64,000 nucleotides of DNA from Piromyces finnis finn (GCA_002104945.1 MCFH01000028.1:611935-675934), one strand, 5' to 3'. Positions 1-11,066 are shown, counted from the first letter of the stretch. Notes: generated from the sequence alone by a model not told the origin. Program-made: numbers and translations.

Positions 1-2912
1 TATATCTCTTTCTAAAGTTGACACTTATTCACCAAAAAACTCTCTTAAAGACTCAAATCCTATTACTAAACTTCCGAAGGAATTAGAATCATATATGGAC
101 GTCTTTAGCGAATCTTCTGCTGATCAATTACCACCTCATCGTCCTTATGATTGCCAAATAAACCTAATCGAAAATGCCAAGCTATTTTATGGACCAATCT
201 ACCCACTAACAGACGAAGAAACAAGAATTTTGAAGGATTATATCGATGAAAACCTCAAAAAGGGTTTCATTAGGAAATCCAAATCTCCTGCTGGTGCGCC
301 TGTACTTTTCGTTCCTAAAAAGAATGGTGAACTCCGTCTTTGTCAAGATTATAGGGAACTCAACAAAATTACCATTAGAGATTCCTATCCTCTACCTCTG
401 ATTCAAGATATGCTAGAGCATCTTGGTAAAGCGAAAATCTTCTCAAAATTGGATTTACGATCAGCATATAACTTGGTCCGAATCAAAAAGGGTGATGAAT
501 ATAAAACAGCTTTCACCTGCAAATTCGGCCACTTTGAATACCTGGTAATGCCATTCGGACTGAAAAACGCCCCGGCTGTTTTTCAGCATTTTATCAATGA
601 TGTTCTGGAAAATATTCTAGGGATTTTTGTTTATTCATATATTGACGATTTAATTATTTTTTCTGAAAACCATAAATCCCACATTAAGCACGTTATCGAA
701 GTCCTGGATCGCTTAAGAAATGCTGGTCTTTATGCTAAGCTTGAAAAGTGTGAATTCTTTGTTTCCTCTATTGATTTCCTTGGTCATCGTATATCCTCTG
801 AAGGTATACATATGGACCCCAATAAGGTTTCTGCTATTATTAATTGGCCAGTTCCGTCCAGTGTCAAGGAAGTTCAATCTTTTATTGGCCTAGCCAACTA
901 CTATCGTCGGTTTATTCCTAATTTTGCCAAAGTTGCACAACCCCTTCACAGACTACTTCGTAAAAACGTTAAATTTGATTTTTCCTCTGAAGCTTTTGAT
1001 GCATTTAATACCATTAAATCATTAATTTCATCTGCTCCCATCCTGTCTCATCCAAATCGTGATCTTCCCTTTATTGTTGAAACCGACTCTAGCAACTTTG
1101 CTATAGGAGCAGTTCTGTCTCAAAAATCTCCTGATGATAAAATGATCCATCCTGTCGCTTTCTATTCAAGATCTCTTACTTCCGCTGAAAGAAACTATCC
1201 TATATACGATAAAGAACTTTTAGCTATTGTTAATGCTCTTGAGACTTGGCGACATTTTCTCAAAGGTGCTTTAACCCCGTTTACTATTTATTCAGATCAT
1301 CGAAACTTACTATATCAAAAGAAACCGGAAAAAATGTCACAACGTCTCGTTCGTTGGGCCCTTTTCCTTTCCGAATTTAACTTTAAAATTCTCTACCGCT
1401 CTGGTTCATCAAATGGTAAACCTGATGCGCTTTCACGAAGACCTGATTATATAGATTCCTCTCTTCCTTCTGATGCTCCTTTTTCGGTTTTACGCCCTGA
1501 GAATTTCTGCGCTTTGATTTGTTCCATTTCTTCTCTTAATGATGAAATATTATCTGAATATGTGAACGACTCTTTTTACATTGACATTTGCAATTTTCTT
1601 GAAAATAAGAATCTCCCAGCTCCACATCCACAAAGTAATAAATTCTCTCTTAGTAATAGTTTTCTTCTTTTTGAAACTCTGTCATGATTCCCCCTCTGCC
1701 GGTCATTTCGGTATCCGCAAAACTATTTCTTTGATCTCTCGTGACTTTTGGTGGCCATCCATTTCTATTGATGTTAAGAATTATATCCGATCTTGTGAGA
1801 TTTGTTGCCGCTCCAAGCCTTCTCGTCATAAACCATATGGTTTACTTCAACCCCTTGAGATTAGTGACCATCCTTGGGCTTCTATTTCTATGGATTTCAT
1901 TACTGACCTCCCTCCTTCTGATTGATTTAACACTATTCTTGTTGTAGTTGACCGCCTTACTAAAATGTGCCACCTCATTCCCTTTAAAGGTATTCCTTCT
2001 GCTTCTGATACTGCTTTTGCTTTTTTGAATTATATTTTCAAAATTCACGGTCTCCCCTCTGAAATTATTTCCGATAGAGGCGCGCAATTCACTTCGAAAT
2101 TTTGGAAATCTATTTGCCAATCTTTGGACGTCAATGTTAAATATTCTTCACCATATCATCATCAATCCAATGGCCAAACGGAGAGGGTAAACTCCGTTGT
2201 TGAACCATATTTAAGATGCTTTTCTAATTATAAAGGAACAAATTGGATCAACTTTCTTCCATTGGCAGAATTCAGTTACAATAATGCTGTTCAAGACTCA
2301 ACAAAATTCTCACCATTCTTCCTAAATTATGGTTATCACCCAAAATACTCTCCGGTAATTCCTGACCAAACGAATGTTCCAAGAGCTGAAGAATTTACAA
2401 GAGACTTTGAAGACCTAATGGAGAAACTAAAAGAAAACTTAAAGAAGGCCATCCAAGTTCAAAAGAAATACGCCGACAAGTATAGACAAGAACCTCCGAC
2501 ATTCAAGACTGGTGACAAAGTATGGTTGGATAGCTCCTTGATAATTCATAAAGGAAATAAAAAATTTAATCCTAGGAAACTTGGCCCGTTTAGGATAATT
2601 AGTAAAATCTCTAATCTCACTTATAAATTAGAATTACCAAAATCGCTGAAGATTTACCCAATTGTTCATGTTTCAAACCTAGAACCGTATTATGAAGATA
2701 GTTTTGGAAGAATCAAAGATCCACCTCCACCTATAATAGTAAATGAAGAAGAAGAATACGAAGTAGAAGAAATACTTGATAAAAGAAAGCATTATGGGAA
2801 GATTCAATATCTAATAAAATGGAAAGGTTATCCGCTTTCAGAAGCATCTTGGGAACCTGAAAGTAATTTAAACTGCGATGAACTAATTAAAAACTTTAAT
2901 AATTCACATTAG
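1..2912 (+). pseudogene. Element A1: Ty3/gypsy chromovirus pol (RT-RNaseH-integrase-chromodomain), 5' part outside the window, disrupted
   Basis: ORFs 95-1687, 1581-1925 and 1965-2912 carry RT YIDD, RNaseH TDSS, integrase HHCC and D,D35E, GPF, and a canonical chromodomain (EEYEVEEILDKR...YLIKWKGY...SWEP). Relative to sister element E there is a frameshifting deletion near 1670-1678 and an in-frame TGA at 1923-1925. Confidence 0.93.
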
Positions 2913-3130
2913 TAATAGTTATTAATTTAAAAAAAAAAAAAATTAGTAATTGATAAGAGAAAAAGAGAATAGAAAATAAAAAATGAAAAAATATATTTAT
3001 AATTTAATATTCATGTAATTTAAAAAAAAAAAAAAAAAAAAAATTTCAAAATGTATTCACTCGTTTCAATTATTTCTCTTATAATAAAGTAACAAATAAA
3101 TTTAGTTGATTCGTCTGGTATCCGAATCCT

Positions 3131-3142
3131 GGAGGAGGACCA
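3131..3142 (+). promoter_or_regulatory. Polypurine tract of element A1
   Basis: GGAGGAGGA(CCA) lies immediately before the TGTAAC that starts the LTR at 3143. Confidence 0.75.
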
Positions 3143-3801
3143 TGTAACGAATCATAGAAATTAGTAACCTGTCTTAGTGGTTAGTGTAAAGATATCAAAC
3201 GCCTCTGTTTGATATCTTTAATGTAACTTAAGCCACAAGTATTATTGTTTAAGTTACACAAATTATATTCAGAAAAAGAAAATGAGACATAATTTATTTA
3301 TTAATAATTAAAGTTTAAAACAAAATAAATTATTAATTTATTTTTAATGTTTAACAAGCAAATTAATATTCTCAATTCAAACCCCTAGTTTTAGTATTGT
3401 TTTGTAATAGAAATAGACATCTAGTATATAATTATTAAATGTTTAATATATCAATAATACATGGGCACATATTCAAATTGAATGGTACTTAATTTGAATT
3501 GCCAATTGTATTTTACTAAAAATAGTTATAGTTTAAATATTTATTAATAATTAAGATTTTAGTGTAGATTTTAAATAATAATATATAAGAAATAAATAGT
3601 TATAATATAATATAAATGTATTTAGGAAAAATATAAATAGAAGATATTTTTCATCATTTTATCGATGTAATTGTTATTATTAAAATTCTATTATAATAAA
3701 AGATATTTTATAAAACAATTTTTTATTTTATTTTTTCAAAATCTTGTGTTATTGTAATAGAATAGATATCCTAATCTATTCTTTCAGTGTTCAACATTAC
3801 A

Positions 3802-3812
3802 ATAACAATTAC
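3802..3812 (+). promoter_or_regulatory. Self-priming PBS of B (ATAACAATTAC)
   Basis: Does not begin with TGG. It is the exact reverse complement of GTAATTGTTAT at 3667-3677 inside the LTR. Confidence 0.8.
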
Positions 3813-3973
3813 CTAACATACAAATAAGAGTACGTTAGGATATCTTGGATAACTACTAGTGTCTTTGTGAGCTACCATTTTTATAAATTTATTCTATTAT
3901 CTTGCTCGACACTGTAACATACAGAGAGAGTCTGAAGCAACGTTTTAGTATAGATTTTTCTTTAGTTACTTTG

Positions 3974-4012
<39 letters not shown>

Positions 4013-4081
4013 ACTTGCTTGTAATAGTAGCAGGAAACAATCGGTAATCTTAATTTTTTCATTTAGTGTCTAGTTGGTGAA

Positions 4082-7000
4082 TTGGAGGAATTAATAAATA
4101 TATTTGATAATTGGAATTTGGAGGAAATGACGGATAGAATGGAGAATGCTGCTGGGAATCATGGAAGCATTATTAATGCTCCACCATTATTCACTGGTAG
4201 GCAAAGGGAATTAGATGGTTTTTTAACCAGAGTGGAATTGGTTTTCCGAACTCGACCGGCACTGTATAATACAGATCGCGTCCGGGTTGACTTCGTTATT
4301 TCCTACTTCTCTGGGAAACCGTTGGAATGGGCTTCATCACTAATGCGGAATAATAGTGGGATATTAAACAATTATGATGAATTTATAGATCGTTTGAGGG
4401 CTAATTTCGGATGTGACCGTTATGATACTGTTGTTGCGAATGGTAAATTAGACAACATCCGACAAAAAAAAACTTGGATATGTTGTTGATTATATTACCG
4501 AGTTTCAAAGAATAAGCCAAAATTCAAACTTTAATGAAAGTGCAAAGATCTATATGTTTCTGAAAGGTTTAAACCCACAGTTAAGAGAAAAGTTGGCTTT
4601 TGTTGAAACCAATCCAAATTCAATGGAACAGTTAATATCTTCAACAATTTTGGTTGAAGATATGATGAAAAGAAATTCTTTAAGTGAATTCTATTTTAAC
4701 AATAGGATTGCGGGAGATCCTATGGATGTTGATGTTTTTAAAATTAGTGCGGATAGGAAACGTAAGCGTTATATCAACATTCAAGGATCCAGCGGTCGTT
4801 ATGAGGAGAGATCAAATAATTTTGAAGAAGAAAGAAAAAAGGGTGTTTGTTTTCTTTGCAAGAAACCAGGACATTTGAAATTCAATTGTCCTAATAGAGT
4901 TAAACCAAAAAGAGTATTCCGGATTATTAAGGAAAAGACTCCTAGAATTGCTAATCCAAGGATTTATAAAGTGGGAGTCATGGATAGCAAAAAAGACGTA
5001 AATATTATCGATTTTTATTTAAGTACAAACAATATTCCGGAAGTTAAAGTTAGAGTGTTAGTTGATTCAGGATCCGAATTAAGTTTTATTAATCCTGAAC
5101 TTGCTAAAGAAATTGGAATTCATTTTGAAACTGTTGAGCCTTTCCGAGTTTCAGGAGTTAACGATGGGATTTCTTGTGTAATGGAACGGAGTGAAAAGTG
5201 CATATTAAGATGTAGAAATCATTTTGAAACTATTCAATTATATAGTTTAAAGGTTCCTGGTGTCGACGTAATTCTTGGACTACCATGGATTAAAAAGCAC
5301 AATCCTGAGGCTTTTTATGATTCCAAGAAAATCAATTTTAGTTCGGGATATTGCGCTAGACACTGTAACCATGGGAAAAGAAATAGAAAAAGTAAGAAGA
5401 AATCTAAGAAGGACGAATTAGACCATGAAGTCCTCGACAAAAGTATTATGAAAAAATCGGCTAAATCCATCGGTCTCTCGGATAATGCAAACACCTCGAA
5501 TAATGAAGACAAGGAGTACGTTAGAGGACGCCTAGTAAGAACTATTAATGATGAAGAAGACAGCGAAGATGACGGAGACAATTATAATAAAAAAGTTAAA
5601 TGTATAATTAGTAAAATTAGTGAAACATGTAATAGTAATAATAAATGTAATTATGAATGTAATGAAAATAGTCTTAGTTTAATAGAAACAAAGATTAAGA
5701 ATAATGAATTAAATAAAGAAAAAATGGTCACCGTACCATCCGAATATATTGAATTTTTAGAAGTGTTTAACGAAAAAAATTGTGAAGTGTTACCTCCTCA
5801 TAGACCTTATGATTGTGAAATCAAGATTAAGGATGATTCAACTTTATTTTATGGACCCTTGTATCCATTAACTGAAGTTGAAAGAGAGGAACTTAAAAAA
5901 TATATAGATGAAAATTTAAATAAGGGTTTTGTTAGGAAATCATCGTCTCCTGCAGGGGCTCCAATTTTGTTCGTTAAAAAGAAGGATGGCTCCCTGAGAC
6001 TTTGTATTGATTATAGAAAGTTGAATGACATTACCATTCGTAATTCATATCCTTTACCTTTAATTAGTGACCTTCTGGAAAGAGTGAAAAATGCTAAAAT
6101 TTTCACTAAATTAGATCTCAAATCTGCTTATAATCTTATTCGTATTAAAGAAGGTGACGAATACAAAACAGCTTTTCGTACTAGGTATGGTCATTATGAA
6201 TATCTAGTTATGCCTTTTGGATTAAAGAATGCACCTGCAACTTTTCAACACTTTATTAACGATGTTCTCAGTGATTACTTAGACGATTTTGTTATCTCGT
6301 ATATTGATGATATCCTTATTTATTCTAATAATATCGAAGAGCATCATGAGCATGTTAAAAAGGTACTTAAGAAACTACTTGAAAATAATCTTTATGTTAA
6401 ATTAGAAAAATGTGAGTTTGATGTTGAGAAAACCACTTTTCTTGGTTATGTCATTTCAAAGGATGGATTGCAAATGGATGAAAATAAAGTTAAAGCAATT
6501 CTCGATTGGCCGGTTCCCAAGAATGTTAAAGAGGTTCAGTCTTTTATTGGTTTATGCAACTATTACAGAATTTTTATTAAAGACTTTGCTAAAATTGCAA
6601 ACCCTCTTCACAAACTCACTAGAAAGAATGTTGCTTTTAACTGGGTGAAAGAAGATCAGGACGCTTTTATTTTATTAAAATCTCTGTTCACGTCAGCTCC
6701 TATTCTGAAACATGCGGATAGTAATAAACAATTTATTGTAGAAACTGATGCTAGTAATTATGCTGTCGGTGCTATTCTCTCTCAAGAATTTGATGGCAAA
6801 TTACATCCTATTGCATTTCTTTCTAAAAGTTTGACGAGTTGTCAAAGAAACTATCCTATATATGACAAGGAACTTTTAGCTATTGTAATTGCTCTTGAAG
6901 AATGGCGTCATTATTTAGAAGGTGCACGCCATCCGTTCATAATTTATACTGATCACAAGAATTTAACATTTCCTAGAAAACCTGAAATGTTATCTCAGAG

Positions 7001-8726
7001 ACAAATTAGATGGAATTTGTTCTTATCCAGATTTGATTTTAAACTCATTTATAGAGCTGGAAAGAAATCCGGTAAGCCTGATATCCTGTCTCGTAGAAGT
7101 GACCATTTAGAGAATAATATTAATTCTGATGTTTCTTGTCTTACTATTTCGTTTCATCATAGCGATAACAAACCGTTAATCGATTCTATTTTATTAGAAC
7201 TTAAAAATGACGATTTGTATAATTCTATTGTCCAATTTAAAATGAATGGTTCTGCATGTAATGCACCTATTAAAAATATTGATAAAGTTATTATTGATAA
7301 TGAAGGATTTTTGTTATATAATAATCTTATTTATGTTCCTAAATCTCTTAGGACAAGAGTTTTGGAACTTCATCATGATTCTGTTGCTGCTGGTCATTTC
7401 GGTATTAAGAAAACCACTGAACTGATTTCCAGAAACTTTTGGTGGCCAAGGTTTCATTCAGACGTTAAATCTTTTATCAAATCTTGCGTGACTTGTTGCA
7501 AATCTAAAGTCCCCAGACATAAGCCTTATGGATTATTATCCCCCTTGGGCACTCCCAGTAGGCCCTGGTCTGATATTTCTATTGATTTTATTGTTGATCT
7601 TCCTAAGTCCAGAGATATGACAACTCTCATGGTTGTTGTCGATAGATTTACTAAATTTGCTCACGCCATTCCTTTACGTTGTCTTCCTACTGCTTCGATT
7701 GCTGCTGATGCTTTTATTGCCAATGTCTTCCGTTTGCATGGTCTTCCTGATTCCATCATTTCTGATAGAGGCTCGCAATTTACTTCTGACTTTTGGTCAA
7801 GACTTTGTGACCTTCTTAATATCAATCATTCATTATCGACTGCCAACCATCCGCAGACAGATGGTCAAACGGAGAGGGTGAACGGCATATTAGAACAATA
7901 TTTCCGTTGTTTTATAAATAAAAAGCAGAATAACTGGGTTGATCTTATCCCATTTGCTGAATTTGCATATAATAATACTTTACAACAATCTATAAATCAA
8001 TCCCCATTCTTTGCTAATTATGGTTTTCATCCAAAGTTCAGCTTAGAAATTCCAGCTAATGATAGACCTAGTAGAGCTGAACAAAGAGTAATTGATATGA
8101 ATGAAAACTTTAAATTATTAAAAGAAAACTTAGAAAAAGCAAAAGAAACATATAAGAAATATGCCGATATGAAGAGAATGATTCCCCCGGAGTTCGAAGT
8201 AGGAAAGAAGGTATGGTTATTGAAAGATTCTCCTGGAACTAACCTAAAGAGAAAATTAGCACCTCAAATGCTTGGTCCATTTGAGATAATTGAAAAAGTT
8301 AGTTCTCTCGCTTTCAAATTGAAACTTCCAAAGACAATGAGATGTCATCCAGTCTTTCATGTTTCATTGTTAGAACCATATTTTGAAAACAAGTTTAACG
8401 ACAGGTCTAATCGTAGGAAGAGGAACATTCACCTTAACACAGATTTAATTGAAAAAATTCCAGAGAAAATTGAAAAGATGAAATCTGTTAATGGTGAAAC
8501 ATTTTATAAGTTATCATGGAAAGGATTTGACAAATCCACTTGGATTTCTGAAGATCAGATTCCAGATAAACAATTAATACAAGAGTTTGAAAGAAACTCT
8601 AAAAAGTCAAAATATAAGTCGAACGACTCCTCCATGAAAATTAGAGAGAATAAAGTTGGTAATCTAATCAAGCATAGATACCAACCATTTGTAATTGAAA
8701 TTCCTTCGAGAAAAGATTCCTTATAA
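4082..8726 (+). CDS. B gag-pol polyprotein (CCHC gag, DSG protease, YIDD RT, RNaseH, integrase, degenerate chromodomain), broken by a +1 A at 4464-4472
   Basis: ORFs 4082-4489 and 4554-8726 join into a homolog of the F ORF if one A is removed from the A9 run. Confidence 0.92.
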
Positions 8727-11066
8727 ATTAATCTCGCAGGAGCTCGACTTAGAGAGAGAGATTGTAAAGATATCAAACGCCTCTGTTTGATATCTTTAAT
8801 GTAACTTAAGCCACAAGTATTATTGTTTAAGTTACACAAATTATATTCAGAAAAAGAAAATGAGACATAATTTATTTATTAATAATTAAAGTTTAAAACA
8901 AAATAAATTATTAATTTATTTTTAATGTTTAACAAGTAAATTAATATTCTCAATTTAAATCCCTAGTTTTAGTATTGTTTTTTTTATAGAAATAGATAAA
9001 TAATAAATGATTAATATATCAATAATACATGGGCACATATTCAAATTAAATAGTACTTAATTTGAATTGCCAATTGTATTTTACTAAAAATAGTTATAGT
9101 TTAAATATTTATTAATAATTAAGATTTTAGTGTAGATTTTAAATAATAATATATAAGAAATAAATAGTTATAATATAATATAAATGTATTTAGGAAAAAT
9201 ATAAATAGAAGATATTTTTCATCATTTTATCGATGTAATTGTTATTATTAAAATTCTATTATAATAAAAGATATTTTATAAAACAATTTTTTATTTTATT
9301 TTTTCAAAATCTTGTGTTATTGTAATAGAATAGATATCCTAATCTATTCTTTCAGTGTTCAACATTACAGTTAGTAACTAAGACCTTGGTTTGAACTACT
9401 CGAGTTCGAAACCTCATTAATATCTTTTTAATTATTAAAATATTTTATAACGAAATTTTACCAAAGAAGATAATTTCTGATTGGCTTAAAAAATTAAGTT
9501 GTAAAATTTTTATAAATTTACTTTTAAAAATTTTTATATAAATACGAGTGAAATTTCTCAAAAAATTATTTTGAATTCGAGTTTTTATTAACAAAAAATT
9601 TTATAATAAAAATAAAATTATTAAACACTAACCTGTTATAATTTTGTTAAGTGTTCAATAATAAAATTTTTATTTGCTTTTATTATTTTCCTTTTTATAT
9701 ATTTGTGTTTTTATTTATTGAACATTAGTTCTTTACATTTAAGACCTTTATTATTAGTATTAGTATAATTACTTATAATATTTTATACTTATAAAATTTT
9801 ACAAAATTTTATTATTAAAATAGTTATAGGTATTTTATTATTATTTAAGGTTTATTTTATTAATTAACTTTATTGTATAATATTTTATAATTTGAAATTA
9901 TGACATAGAATTTAATTATAATTTTTACTAAAAGAGGCAACTGTTACACACAAAACAGAAGATACCTCGACAGAAAAATTATTATTTATGTCTAAAAAAG
10001 GGCATAATTAATTGAATAATATAATTTTATTATATGTCATAATTAAATATATAATATATGATATGCAAAAATGTTACACATATCATAAATTAAAATTTTA
10101 TTAATTATAAATTAAAAATTTTTCTATTCAAATATTAAGAGATTATTCATAATATATATTAAGGATTTAATTAATATATGTTACAGTGAATGATCCATAT
10201 ATTATGAATGAAATCAATTTAAATCCTTAGCTATCCAAAACCATTAAATTTCAAATAATGGATAGTTGGAAAAAGTACGAGGATTTTTGAGAAAAATTTT
10301 AAAAATTGAAAAATCAAAAATAAATTAAATGAATAAAAATTAAAATTAAATAAATTTTTATCTTTATAACTATTCAAGTGTTTTGTGATATCTTATTTGA
10401 ACCGTAGCAAAAATGGTACACCACATTCAGAAAAATGCAATAAATCCATATATTTGGTAAATGAAATAACCCTTATAATATATATGGATTTAAATATTTT
10501 TATTTGAGAAATTTATATAACGATAGTAATAATAAGAATAGTAAATTAAATTAAATTAAAAACTTATAAATAATTTATTAAAGTAAAATAAACTTTTTAT
10601 AATTTAATATAAGGATGATAAAAATATAATTATATAAGGAAGAGAAAGACGCGTATATATATATAAAAAGGGAAGAGTTTTTAGTTTTAGTTAGTTTTTA
10701 GTTAGTTTATATTAATTATATTATAAATAAAATAAAGATAAGGTGATAATAATAGAAGAATAAATAATATTATTGTTAGATTTAGTGAAGGAATTAATAA
10801 TAATATTAGTTTATTTTCTAAGATTATACCTATTTTTAAAAAACAAATAATAATATAAAATAATAATAAATAATACTTATAAATAATAAAACTTGTAATA
10901 AAAATAATAAAACTTGTAATAAAAATAATAAAATAATAAATAAAATAATAAAATAATATATAATAAAAAATATTCATCTAGAATATAAATTTGTTATTTA
11001 TAACTGTTGTAGTGTCCCAAACAATAAAGAAAAAGGTACTTATAATAAAATTCTGTACCAAGTTTT

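Larger units (their letters stand above)
3185..9369 (+). mobile_element. Element B: full-length Ty3/gypsy (Tf1/sushi-like) LTR retrotransposon
   Basis: LTRs 3185-3801 and 8763-9369 (TGTAA...TTACA), 5-bp TSD GTTAG (3180-3184, 9370-9374), PPT AGAGAGAGAGAT 8751-8762, and gag-pro-RT-RH-IN coding region. Confidence 0.97.
3143..9948 (+). repeat. 3' LTR of A1 (about 615 bp: 3143-3184 plus 9375-9948), split by element B
   Basis: Starts TGTAACGAAT like the E LTR. Element B interrupts it with TSD GTTAG. Ends at TGTTACA 9948, but other TGTTACA motifs near 10080 and 10185 make the right end uncertain. Confidence 0.65.

Noticed and set aside
9398-9414. Pol III B-box-like GAGTTCGAAACC in the A1 LTR (and GGTTCGAC near 17708)
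   Set aside because: No A-box or cloverleaf is present, the match is short, and it is not clearly conserved between A1 and E.
10702-10977. Hydrophobic ORFs 10702-10977 and 34475-34729, and LTR-spanning ORFs 8555-8839 and 22112-22396
   Set aside because: They are low-complexity readings of LTR or antisense pol sequence, repeated only because the LTRs are repeated.
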